This document shows positions 26,051 to 38,865 of a stretch of 64,000 bases of DNA, one piece after another. The notes under the pieces are model-generated. The model saw only the letters and a program-made list of their open reading frames with translations. It did no database searches and had not been told where the DNA came from. Source of the stretch: Eledone cirrhosa (Eukaryota); the NCBI GenBank assembly GCA_964016885.1, contig OZ024742.1:97216001-97280000 (forward strand), given 5' to 3'. The number at the start of each line of letters is the position of its first letter. The stretch's first letter is position 1. Position numbers and translations under genes: made by a program.

Positions 26051-28389
26051 TGTAACCTGACACACCTATAATCCACCTCCATCACAGCGCATTATTAGCC
26101 AATCCAGGATGCTACATTTTAAATCCTAATACACTAGCTATAGCTGTTCTACCACCACAGTACACCTACTCTGTCTAAGTCCCCACTACTCTCCCCTTCT
26201 CATCACCATGGCAAATTCCACCCGATGGCTATCCTTCCTCTGTGTCACTTCACCACTTTGAACCCCCACAACAATTGTCGTACACCCTAAAAGTATATTT
26301 GTCATACTCTATATATTGTAACTTAATCATGACATCTCGTCTCCCCATACCTTGTCCTCCTGCACATGGTAAAGAAGGTTCTTCAGTCGAGTCTGTGGCC
26401 GACAACTACCCTTATACGAGTACCATGACAAAAAAAGACCCAGTACACATTGCAATGTGATTGGGAAGGACTGCTAGCCCTAGAAACCTTGCCAGAAATA
26501 GTTGAGTCACAACACAGCTACCTCTTCAGTGCCACGGAAAATACATCCAGTACACTCTGTAAGGGGTTTAGTTATATGAAGGGCATCCAGCTGTAGAAGC
26601 CATGCCAAAATGAGTTGAGATGATTTTTCAGAAGTGTCAACTACACGACACCATCTTATGTGTTGGCAACAGGATAAAATGCCCTCAGTACACTCTGTAA
26701 ACTGGAGATGGCGATTGGAAGGACATCTAATCTTAGAAAACTTACCAATCAAATGATCGAGAGGACTCTTCAATTGTTTCAAAGATATGATAACCTACAT
26801 AATATTGGAGCCACGTTTAAATGCACTCTTCAGATTACAGAGAAGTGTATAGGAGTAAGGTGCGGTGTCTGGCTTATCAGAGAGGTCAGGGACTCCGATT
26901 AAGTGCACACCCGTCCAACCCATGTTAAACGGGAAAACGGCCGTTAAATAGTGATGAGATATACGTGTGTGTGTTTGTGTGCGCGCCCGCGCGTATGTGC
27001 ATATGTGTATCCATACATACAAAGAATTATGAAAGAAGGCGGTGGTTTTAACACTGTCTTTTCTTGTTGATATATCTTTTCAATATATTTTTTCGTCCCA
27101 TGCTTTCTTAATTCAATTTATAATACAATTTTGGAGGGTTTCGTCGCTAATGTTTGTTATTGTTAATAATATTGTTATTTTCTTTTCTGATAAATTTTAT
27201 ATTTTATCCCTATATATTTTTGATTTTAATTCAATTTTCTTCCCCATGATGTCTGTTCATTCTTTAGCTAAATGTAATCATTGGAGACAAATTCTTGCTG
27301 TTTTGTTGTTTTTTTGTTTATATTTTGAATTATCATGTATTTAATCTTAATTTTTTCATATTTTTCATATTTTGAAAACTTTCGTTTGTTTGTTCTTCCT
27401 TCTTTGGGTATGTGTGCTCCTATGTTGATGTGTGGGTGTCTGTGTTTGTTAGTGTGTATGTGTGTTACTGCGTGTGTGTGATTGTGTGTGTTACTTTGTG
27501 TATATGTTAATGAGTATATATTCACCAAAAATCCTGTTTTTTCAAAGTGTTTGTGTATTTGTTAGTGTGTGTGATAATGTGTGTTTGTGTGTGGCTGTGT
27601 CTCAATATGTGTGAATGTGTTAGCAGGTGAGTATGTGTTAGTGTGTTGATCAGAAAGTTTTTTTTTAAAGATTATTTCCAATTCTTTGTAAAAATCGTTT
27701 GGAAAATGGTACAAGACTCACAACAACTGTTAACTTTCGTATTCAGAAATACTTGGACTTTTACTGATCATAATATATCTTCATCTCATTCTTCGCTTAG
27801 TTACATCATACTGATAGTGGGTCCTCTTTCGTCTCCGGCGATGAGTACTGAGTTCAATCGACCGAACGTGCGATTCATGAATTAATATGCATCTGGTTGC
27901 TGGGTATTCCATAGGCACGTATAACCTTAACGTAATTTTTAGGCAGAATCAGCGTTACCCAGTGTGTAACAATGCATGAGTTTTGAATTGCATGTATAGT
28001 CCATCTTGTATTTTAATGCAATTAGTTGCATATTCCACAGATGTGTACCATTGCCGTAATTTTAAGGCAGAATAAATATGACACAATATGTGACTAGCCT
28101 AGACCATTGAATTACAAATACAATCCATCCATCAGACATGTTTCCACATAATTTCCGTCTACCCAATTACACTCACAATACTGGGTTGACCGCTGGTTAT
28201 ATTTAAGCTACTTGCTCAAACGGCACCCAAAGATGGTCGAACACGGGACCCCATAATTTCAAAGCGGTGTTCTTGACCACTCAGATATTCTTGTGTCTAC
28301 ACTGTGTACTATTTGTGTAACGAGTGAATTAAAGAACTTTATTATTCTAACCATTTAAGTAGAATTGCGAAACGACATTTGATAGAATG

Positions 28390-28860
28390 CTTTACGTTAC
28401 ATGTCACGATTCTCTTTGTTCAGAGTTGAAATCCTGTCGAGACCAGCGGAGTCAAGTGTGCCTGTAGTCAAGTTTGATATTAATATTTGAGACGGATCTC
28501 CGCTTTGAGGGGGTATAATGCCACCATATTTGGGATATCTGAATAATGTTATGAGCATTGATATGCCTCCTCTGATTAAACCATTAAAACAGACAATACA
28601 AATAATCAAATATAATTGACAATAGATTTCGGATAAATATGATGAAAACATCTTGTTCTATTGACAGGAATCATCTTGCATGCCCCGCTCATATATAATA
28701 CACACAACAAAGGATTCTTAATCCTAAACATAGTTTGAACCATAATTATAATTAATCCTTACCCTACAAATGCTAAATCTAACGGTAGCTATAATACTAC
28801 CCCTAATCTAACTAGAATTCGAAATTTAATTCTCACCAAAATTAACCCTAACGTGCATAT
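28390..28860 (-). mobile_element. possible highly decayed PLE fragment
   Basis: DRISTLNKE resembles NRISTLSKD of the PLE ORF; little else recognisable. Confidence 0.35.
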
Positions 28861-29134
28861 ATATATATATATTCACGATTTCACCGAGTTTATATTCATA
28901 GAAATCTGGGACTTGTCTCTTTCTTCTCACTTTCTGTTGCTTAAACCATTTTGTTTGTTCACCCCAGCGTCCCCTTTATTTACGTGTCCCAACGACTTTT
29001 TTTAGCCGTTGTTCGCACCAACCTGAGGTATATGGCCTTTAAAGTGATGAAATGCCTAGGACGGTTGGAAGGCCACTGATAAAGGACTTACTTTTTCATA
29101 TGTAACCCACTTGCAACGCCGCAGCTCCATTATT

Positions 29135-29208
<74 letters not shown>

Positions 29209-29375
29209 TAAAATCTCAAACGCGGCGCGAAGCTGTTTCCGAAAACATTTGGCGGCTCGGGCAGGATTTTACATGTCTCTATACCCACTCTGCATCTCCC
29301 CATGCATTGAGTAGTCCCATGATTAGTGGTTTCCCCGATCTCAGCACCGCAGACTATACTCACACACGCACACAA

Positions 29376-29408
<33 letters not shown>

Positions 29409-29453
29409 GTGACGAAACATAAGTCAATTGCATGAACTCATAATCCTTTATTT

Positions 29454-29509
29454 ACTGCTATATATATTTCGTTGATAGCCATTGAATGGCTATGACCTCA
29501 TCAGGCAGT
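29454..29509 (-). ncRNA. type I hammerhead ribozyme in a ~170-bp insert between (TA)n tracts (29409-29575)
   Basis: ACUGC-CUGAUGA-GgucAUAGCCAU UCA AUGGCUAUcaaC-GAAA-UAUAUA-UA-GCAGU; helix I ACUGC/GCAGU; second family copy at 50676. Confidence 0.8.
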
Positions 29510-29589
29510 TATTCAGTTCTTAGATATGCCAGCTCTGTGTTTATATTGTTGGTGGTATCAGAGCCTTGGGACATATCTATATATATATC

Positions 29590-29975
29590 ATCATTTCATT
29601 TTACGTCCGCTTTTTCCCTGCTTGCAAGGGTGGGACGGTAACTGATTTGGGCTTGATTTCTACAGCTGGATGCCCTTCCTAACACCAACCTCATGTACAG
29701 TGAGTGCTGGGTGCTTTTTTGCCGTGGCACCTACACGACCAATTTGCAGTGGAATGATATGGACCACAGTCCCTATCATCTCATTTCTACAGCTGACTAA
29801 ACTGGAGCAATGTGAAATAAAGTGTCTTGCTCAAGGAAACAACACATCACCCGCTCTGAGAATTGAACTCACAACCTTTCGATTGCAAAGCCAATGCTCT
29901 AACCACTATTGGCCTTGCAATCGAAAGGTTGTGAGTTCAATTCTCAGACCGGGTGATGTGTTGTTTCCTTGAGCA
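29590..29975 (-). mobile_element. second tRNA-derived SINE family (B), composite
   Basis: GGATGCCCTTCCTAACACCAACC and CTGGAGCAATGTGAAATAAAGTGTCTTGCTCAAGGA motifs recur at about 26570, 42310, 53340 and 59490. Confidence 0.7.
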
Positions 29976-30120
29976 ACATATATATATATATATATTATAT
30001 ATATTATATTAATATTTGTTCTGTGCTTATGACTACATCACTAAAACCTCTCTCTATTCAAACCTATATAATATATAATAAACACATCAACACATTGAGT
30101 TAATTCTGAAACGACGTGGC

Positions 30121-30214
<94 letters not shown>

Positions 30215-30500
30215 CGTATCGTTTCTAGGGCATTTTTAAACCTGGCAGTGCACATCTCCTCTCCACGTATCGAAATAGAGGGGTTTTTCCAGAGAAGTAT
30301 AAAGAAAGTGAGATAATAGAACTGGGAAAAAGATGTAGAGGAAGAATAGACATCAGTACTAAACTGGTACATCTTTATCCCCCTTGCTTAGCTGAAATTC
30401 TAAGTTGATATCGACAGGATTTGAATTCAGAGAACAAAGAGCTGAAACCAATACTGGAAAGCATTCTATCCGACATTCACATAACTCTGCAAATTGGTTG

Positions 30501-30546
<46 letters not shown>

Positions 30547-30554
<8 letters not shown>

Positions 30555-31640
30555 ATAAATTAACGGACCATTAGACTCTCGCCATTCCCTGTATATAATG
30601 TGCTCAAAGGAGTGGAAATCCTGAGCTCTTTAAAATACAATATGTTGAAAAGGTAACACACTAGAGAGAGATACAGTGCGCTATCAATAAAACAGGGAAA
30701 AACCACCAGTGTATGGAATCTATAACCTATGAAAGGCAGAATATAGACACGATAATTAAAAGTATAAATTAAAGCGTAAATAAATACCTCTATAACTATA
30801 TAACACACGTACAAATCCAAAGAGATCTGTTTCGCCAGTAAGTTGTTGACAGAAATGAAATAACCCCAGTGTGTAAGGCTATACATTTCAGACAACACTA
30901 AGAGAATTTTAAAGTGACTGTCCAGCTACACCTGGGAAAGAGAAGTTACAGCGTGTTTAAGGGCAGTGAACCAGTGGCCTCTGAGGGACGAGCTGCTAGA
31001 AAGGGCAGCCCAAAACCACTCAGAGAAGTGTGCTCAACCAAACAGAGAGAGAAGAAAGACTGTTATAAGGAGCGAAATATCACGATATCTCTAGTGTGTA
31101 ACCTTTTCAACATATTGTATTTTAAAGAGCTCAGGATTTCCTCTCCTTTAAGCACATTATTTACAGGGAATGGCGAGAGTCTAATGCTCCGTTAATGTAT
31201 CGTGATATTTCGCTCCTTATAACAGTCTTTCCTCTCTCTCACTGTTTGGTTGAGTGGTTTTGGGCTGCCCTTTCTAGCAGCTCGTCCCTCGGAGGCCACT
31301 GGTTCACTGCCCTTAAACACGCTGTGACTTCTCTCTTCCACGTGTAGCTGGACAGTCAGTTTAAATTTCTCTTAGTGTTGTCTGAAATGTATAGCCTTAC
31401 ACACGCTGAGGAACCGGGGTTATTTCATTTCTGTCAACAACTTACTGGCGAAACAGATCTCTTTGGATTTGTACGTGTTTTATAGAGGTATTTATTTACG
31501 CTTTAATTTATATTTTTAATTATCGTGTCTATAGTCTGCCTTTCATAGGTTATAGATTCCATACACTGGTGGTTTTTCCCTGTTTTATTGATAGCACACT
31601 GTATCTCTCTCTAGTGTGTTACCTTTTCAACATATTGTAT
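30547..31640. mobile_element. retrozyme-like element: two inverted, circularly permuted 530/520-bp units in (TA)n
   Basis: Left arm 30547-31087 (minus) has ATATCACGATA at both ends (period 530); right arm 31088-31640 (plus) has a 33-nt terminal redundancy (period 520); non-coding; contains an HHR. Confidence 0.9.
31390..31485 (+). ncRNA. type I hammerhead ribozyme with stable helix III
   Basis: ACACG-CUGAGGA-aCCGG..CUGGc-GAA-ACAGAUCU cuuu GGAUUUGU-A-CGUGU; predicted cleavage after GUA at 31473; helix II base is imperfect in this copy. Confidence 0.8.
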
Positions 31641-34079
31641 ATATATATATATGACACATCTAGGGCGTCCTTTTTGCTGTTAGACCTGCTTGAAATAACA
31701 ACCTAATCTCGCACATATGCTATCCCACCATCTTCAAGAATGAAGGCAGTACCCGTGAGATAACCTAGTCTTAGATATACTCTCTTGAGCTCACCTGCAT
31801 GGGCGATCAATTGGATTATTTGTTACCGTGTCTTGGCATTTGTTGTGGCTTTCATGGCTCAGAGTAACAAGCCTGCCGATGTTAACTTTTCCTTTAATCC
31901 TTTTGGGTGTAATTGTTAAATAGTTGGACGAGATGCCTTACGCTAACTGTTCCGGCTCTGAGCGTTCTAAGTTCAAATCATGTTTACTGGCAGTCTAAGA
32001 ATAGTTACCTGGTACGACTAGGGTTAAACCACAACAACGACAGCTACTGCTTCAATTCTTTCCACTGCTAAATTTGTCTCGTTTAAGATGAATAGAGTCT
32101 ATGCAATGAAACAAATGAAGTTGAAAAGTGAAGCTGGTGCTCATTGTTGCTGAGAACCTTACAACCATTTAGCCAGACATATAGAACATTTTTAATGTTG
32201 TATTAAATGGCTCTATTGAGATATTTACTGAGTGATGGTAATATTTTAAAATTTTGGCAGCTCCTGAATAAAACAATTTCAGATTTCTATAAATTTGTAA
32301 AACTGAGATTTAGCGCTCATTGTTTGGGAAGCTTTCCCTTATCGATAGCTGAATAAACTTGGAAATATTGAAAAACTAATGAAAAGGAGACGTTTACTAA
32401 AGATAAATTCTGTCTTTGTCTGAAATATTATTCTACTCGGCAGCGTTTTTCGCTTGTTTTATTTATTTTTTAATATGTATGTGTTTGCGCTTTGCTATCG
32501 ATAGAATATTTGAGTGGAATGAAAAGCTGGTGAATAAAAACTGCCATTGTTTCTCAAAATCCGATGGATTATTGTTAATGTATCACATAGTTGCCTAACA
32601 ACAACTACAACAACAAAAATAAAAATAATCATAATGATGACAATGACAACAAATAATAATGGCTACAACAATTGCAGCAACAGTATCATCATCAAAAACA
32701 AGAACATCAGCAACAATATATCCAACAATATATTCACAGACAACTCGCACAAAAACCTTCATCAATAACGTCAACCGTGAAAAATATTGAAGATAAACTA
32801 TAGTAGAAGTGGTACCAAAAGAAAGTTGTTCACTTCAATGAAAATCTGAAAAAGAGTCAGTGAAACACTAGGTATTCAATATATGGAGCAATAGTGAAAG
32901 ATTTCCCCAGTTCCATTCAGATGTTACATACACAGAGAGAAGAGGAATTGTATTGTACTTAAAAATGTCTTTTAAAGATAAGCATCATTATTTCTTTACT
33001 GAATATAAAGAAATAAAATAAAATAAAAAGAGAAAGAATAAAAGAAGTATCAATAGTGATTGATAACTCAACAATTCCGCAATGGGAAGTAGGATTAAAA
33101 GCAAATGATTTCACCATCTCACTTTAAAAACATCCGGTTCCATACTAAGTCGTTAAATAAGTAATATTAAATAGAACATAAAGCGTGGTATACACAGATG
33201 GAATGTAGCTCACTTAAACACCGTGTAGGAAGTAAGAAGAATTTAGAATTATTTATAACAGAAAGTGAAGGCGCGTTTCTTGCGGATTAAGATGCTTGAA
33301 TCACGGACGTAAGGTTGTCCGTTCAATTCCTGGGTCAGGTAGCACATTCTCTCCTAGAGCGTGATACTGTATTTACATGTTATTACAGTCATCTAATATG
33401 AAAAAAAAAGAACAAATTAGTTGCACGGATATGAATCCAAGGTGTATCGGATGTTGCCTTTCCTGGGTCTGCATCGGTGTCGTCGAATACGGAGATTTGT
33501 ATGCACAGTCCCCCGTGCATACAAATCTCCCTATTCGACGATATTCCACAGACAACCTTGCATAGGCGTGTGTCTCGAAACAGCAAACCCGTCAGTCCAT
33601 AATTCACAGTGTGTCATAATCAAAGAGGAGACTCTTTATTAAAGAAATTGGGAGGAGAAAAACATCAAAGAAATAAAGTGGTAAAAAAAAAAATACTGAA
33701 GTACATTTATCATTTTACGTCCGTTTTATTTTTTCCTGATTTAAATGGGTTACATGAAGGTCAACGTTCACCTCAGTTTCATGGATATTTAGCAAATGAG
33801 AGTACCACACTCTTCATGAGATGATGAATGGGAACATTCATTAGTGTCGATTTAAGTGTTGTTCTGTCATCTTTCACCCTGTGCTACAATCCCATCAAGA
33901 TCAACTTTTTCTTTCACCCTTTTGGCGTTAACAAAATCACAGCCCAAGGACGCTGGATTAGTAGAATTTCTAAAGAGTTGGACGACAGGCGCTGGGCTTT
34001 CCCCTCCAGTTCTGTGCGTTCTACGTTCTAATCTCGCTTTCTATTAACGAAAAAATGATGAACTGATAGAACATGAATG

Positions 34080-34830
34080 CCCTATCATTAAAATAGCCAG
34101 AACATATCCTTGCAATAAATGATATACTCAGATTTCAAATCTTCCGCTACGGTATGGGAAGACGGTAGGTAGATAAAATGTATTTGTCTTAAATTGTGTA
34201 TGAATACAATTGGGAATCTTTTCTGAATTGTGGTTGAGTAATTGCATTGTGGCCAAAACGATATGGTTGCCCTCAATGGTATAAAAAATACAGGGATTAT
34301 TGTTTTAAATAATACTTTAGCTCAGAAAAGTATACTTCATTTAAGGTAAAAGGGTATCGAATTCTATTTTAATATCCATTTGCATGAAGCAAAAGAAGTT
34401 TATATGATTCTCTTTGTGTTTCTAAAGGGATTCGTGTGAGAATATAATCGATGTTTCAAAGGGTTTGTGAGCATACCCACATAAGATTAGGAGTCGCTAA
34501 TGGTTACAGTACTTCGGAACATTATATCTGTAGACAAACAGCTAAATTCTAAAAGACATTTCTTTGATAACGTCTTGGTACGACGTTGGCTATTGGAGTT
34601 GTCATTTCTATTAAGCATAAAGTAGGTGGAGTATACCACATTACAATGGGATTATGGGTTAATGGATTGCGTGATTTTGATAGTATTTGGTGCAAACTTG
34701 TGTTTATTACAGGAAAACTGTTGCTTTGTTGCAGTAATGCATGGAAAGCGGCTCTCGGATGTTGGTTATACACTGAAACTTTATAACTCATAAAAAATAA
34801 GGTTTCGTATAGTCGAGGACTTTTCACCTA
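34080..34830 (-). mobile_element. possible decayed PLE thumb-region remnant
   Basis: Only weak LPY/GY-like motifs. Confidence 0.25.
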
Positions 34831-35440
34831 ATTTAATTATGATAGAATCAGTCTTAAGCGTACAGAGAAACTTTCAGTTTCATGAGATGATAAAACATTG
34901 GGTAATGAGTCAAGAGTTCGTTAGTTAGAATCCTGCTAGAGTTAGCTGCCTCAGCGCCCACTTTCGTATCAATCCCCCATGGTCACCTCGCTACTCCCCT
35001 CACTCCTATCACTGACCCCTCTGTTCGGCCAAGAACACAGAGTTCACCATATTGTTTGCACTAGAATAAAATGCACTCACCCCAGTTTATAGATTGGAAA
35101 GGTGAAAGCGACGATAAAATGAACCCAACAAAAATTGATAGTGGTAGCGCTGTTTTCACCATAAAATATAGCCTGTACACAATGTAAAATGGTCGGCGTT
35201 AAGAAGAACATCACGCCATAAAGACCATGTCAAATTAGAACGCATGAGCTTGACGTAGGTATCCACCCTGTTTAGTCTCATACATATATATATATTCAAG
35301 AATTAAAATACTAGAGTGTGTTGGAGTTAAACACCCTCTTCATATTATAGAAATGACAGTATAAGATATAGCTCAATGTAATTAAAAGAGCCGAAGAATT
35401 ATAAAAAATAAACCAAAGAAGCCTTCAGTACATCAAAAGT

Positions 35441-35494
35441 CTTTATTAGCCAACAATGTTTCGTCCTATTAAGGACTCATCAGGGCAAGTAAAG
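35441..35494 (-). ncRNA. minimal hammerhead ribozyme in PLE 3' repeat
   Basis: CUUUAcuuGCC-CUGAUGA-GUCCU UAAU AGGAC-GAAAC AUU GUU-GGCuaaUAAAG. Confidence 0.88.
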
Positions 35495-35783
35495 CTACAA
35501 GAAGCACTATCGGCCAATACAAGCCAAAAACTCAGAAGAATATGGAGTATACATCTATTAAAGCCTAGGAAGGATATCAAGGAAATGTAGGCTAAGATTA
35601 AGAGTGAGCAGTTACAAACATAGATATAGACCAGATAGCAAGGAAATGATTAACATGTTGAACCCACATTGTAAATATTATATAATGCAAAAACTTGAAA
35701 CACAAATGGTAATATAATGCGAGAATTACAGTACGATATAGAATATAATATAATATAATAGATGGTGATAATAAAAAGCTTAA

Positions 35784-35831
<48 letters not shown>

Positions 35832-35870
35832 TATATTAGTACAAACACAAACTAACACTTATTAAGTACT

Positions 35871-35927
<57 letters not shown>

Positions 35928-37161
35928 TACAGTATAATATAATAAAGATAAAAATAAGAATAACGATAAAAATAAAAATAAAATATAATATATAATTCCC
36001 TGTCAGTGTGCATAAACAATATAAAAACATTATAATAACATTATAATAACAATATTATAATATATTGGCATCAAAAGATATACAAAATTACATCATATAT
36101 ATAATTCAAGGTTAACAAATAGTATAAAGTTTTACACGGGGTAAGAAAAAAATCATATAGAACTAAATTGTGTTGAAAAAATTGTGTTGAAAAAATTGTG
36201 TTGAAAAAAAAAAAAATAAAATATCTATACCATTGCAACAAATACACGGAGGTCAAGTCGTTTTATATTAGCATAAATATTAACAAAATATCACAAAATA
36301 TTACAAAATATAACAGAACAGTACTTCAAATAACATATATTAAAATCTATAATACGATTACATAAAAATGATATGATATAACAACGCTAATATCAAATAT
36401 CAAACAGAGTCTAAGGAAATGCTTAATACATATATTTACGTGGTTGAGATACACAGACATATATTAATGAACAGCGTGTGGTAGTAAAAAAATAAATAAA
36501 ATAACCGAAGATGGAAAAACAAAAACAAGTATATTTACTTAGGTGTCACAAGTGGTTAAGTAAAAGAAGAGATAGAAATGTAAGCGGCGAATTGACTAGA
36601 AAACCTTTTTAAATTAATTAATATTAAAAGTATTTAAAATACATATTTAGTCACTTCAAAATTGGCTATAGTTTAAGTCATCAAAAACGTATAAGTTTGA
36701 GATATTTCAATAAAATTATCAAGAATAGAGTAAAATATGCTCCGTTCAGTCGAATAACGTTATCAAATAAAAGGATTCTAAATAGAACTATGGTAGACCA
36801 ATGGGAACAGAAAGAAGAGAGGTTATGGAGGATAGGAAGGAGCATAAAAGTAAAATCAATATATTATATAATATCATAAAAGGAGCATAAAGGTGAAATT
36901 TATATATAATAGAAGGGGCGGATATTAAGTGTATAGAGGAGGAGGTACATTAGTTGAATGAGACTCCAACCAAAGTATTTAATAAGATATAAACTCATAA
37001 GGTGTTAGTAGTGAAACTATAATAATGCTTAAGACGATAGATAGGGTATGGTAGCCAAAAGACTATGGAAACTAAAATCGAAAAGTTGTAAAAAACTAAT
37101 AATAATAAAGATGATGGTAATCAAAATGAACCTAAGCAAAAAAGATGAGGAAATATAGCAG

Positions 37162-38781
37162 CTAATGGATACGATTTAAACTACCAGAACTTTTAGGTCT
37201 ATAATAGAAGAAAGAATTAGAAATGGCATGGGGGCAAGAAGAAAATATCTCAGACTTTCTATTAAGCAAAACTTCCCTAGAGAAAATTATAGAGTGGGTC
37301 TCTAGGATACAGAGATTACAGAATTTAGTGTGTGTTGATAGGTTATTAGAGCGTGCTACTATACGCCAATTAAGGCTATATGGCATGCCTGCCCCTTTAA
37401 GATCCCAGATATGGTGTGCTAAAGAAGTAGAGTTCTTAAACTTAACATGCTTAAAATTAGTGATATGAGAATTAAACCTAGTTTTAAAAGTATTAGATGT
37501 GGAGCCTATATATGTGCTATTAGAAGAATCAGTCTTAACTTCACAAGCATAAACAATGTTCCTATAGAGGCAGTGACCATTTAAAGGGCAGTTAATACTT
37601 ACTCTACAGTTACACTTCCTGGTGCTATTGACCGGCTGAATGAGTGATGCATCACTTCTAGGGTTATTATAAGATAAGGTCTGCTCAGGTGGTAAGGCAT
37701 TAATGGATCTATCAAGACTAGTAGTACGCAAAGAGGAGTAGCTGTCCCTAATTTTCTTATTGTTAGTGCTAGCTAAATGAGAACTAATATTAGGGGTGGT
37801 AGAGAATGATAGTTTAATTACATTTTTATTAAAAATACCATGGTATTTATTAGTAGGAGGGAAATTTTTCTCTAAGATAGAAAAGAAAGACCTAGGGATG
37901 TTAGTTAATACTTCATGATCATAAGGCGGGTTAAAATAAGTATTGAGTCTCCTCCTATTTCTATCCTTACGAACTCTACCGTTATCCAGTATCCCACTAA
38001 TAGGATCAGGGTTACTACGAGGACTAGTTGAAACAACATTATTAGAAGCAGCCAAAACCCTATTGAGTCTCCTTCTGTTTCTACCTTTAGTATATCTACT
38101 GTTATCTGGAATCATATCAATAGGATTAGGGTTACTACCAGGATCAGTTGAAACAACACTATTAGAATTACTAAAAACATTACCACTGGGTGAGCGATCA
38201 GAGTGCCTAACTTGTTCCCTAGAACTAATCCCGAAAAGTGTACCATTAGACTCACTATTACGATTACGGTAGCTTAACCTATGGATGGGTTCGGATACAC
38301 CTATGGGATTTCTACGATTCTTATGCTTTCTACTCCCATTCATGGCCATATTATGGGAAATTACGTTATTATTATTATGGGTAAACGGAAACTTTCTAAG
38401 GTTGTTCTCATTATAACGTATTTTACCAGAGTAACCAGAGTTAGCTAGGGCATTATTATAGTACTCTGCATGTGAATTAAATATTCCTATATCCTTAGAG
38501 AGTGTGGAAATTCTATTAGATACACCGTTAATTATAGAGCTAATCATAGATTTGGGGTGGTTAGAATTGGGATTAACATAAGAGAGTATCTCATTTGGCT
38601 TATCGAAGGGTTTATAACTATTAGTGACCACGTCCAAAGTCACATCTAAAAAGTTGACCGCTCTATAATTTCTATCAATCGTGATCGAAAGGTTAAAATT
38701 TTTTAAAAATTTATAAAGTTTCTTCCTATTATGCTAAATGTTATTGGTGCTAGAGTTTATCACAAACAATGCATCGTCACG
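37162..38781 (-). pseudogene. PLE polyprotein C-terminal part: RT (RDD motif, thumb), CxC/Cys linker, GIY-YIG endonuclease
   Basis: Frame starts RDDALF at 38781, one TAG at 38736-38734, then VNFLDVTLD..YKPFDKPN..HP..FNPPY..CNCRVSINCPLNGHC..IVYACEV..YIGST..FKTRFNSH..CNLCILE..LLN..CPH. Confidence 0.92.
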
Positions 38782-38811
38782 GCTTGTATTGGCCGATAGC
38801 GCTTCTTGTAG

Positions 38812-38865
38812 CTTTACTTGCCCTGATGAGTCCTTAATAGGACGAAACATTGTTGGCTAATAAAG
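38812..38865 (+). ncRNA. minimal hammerhead ribozyme in inverted PLE pseudo-LTR
   Basis: Same motif as 35441-35494; CTGATGA at 38823, GAAAC at 38844, predicted cut after 38854. Confidence 0.88.

Noticed and set aside
29020-29065. CTGAGGT..GAAATGCCTAGG degenerate HHR
   Set aside because: Core and helices too damaged to call.
37223-38272. Plus-strand ORFs 37223-37468 and 37943-38272
   Set aside because: Antisense shadows of the PLE ORF with no recognisable motifs.
38734-38736. In-frame stop in the PLE ORF as recoding (selenocysteine-type)
   Set aside because: It is a single TAG, not TGA, in a truncated copy; most simply a point mutation.
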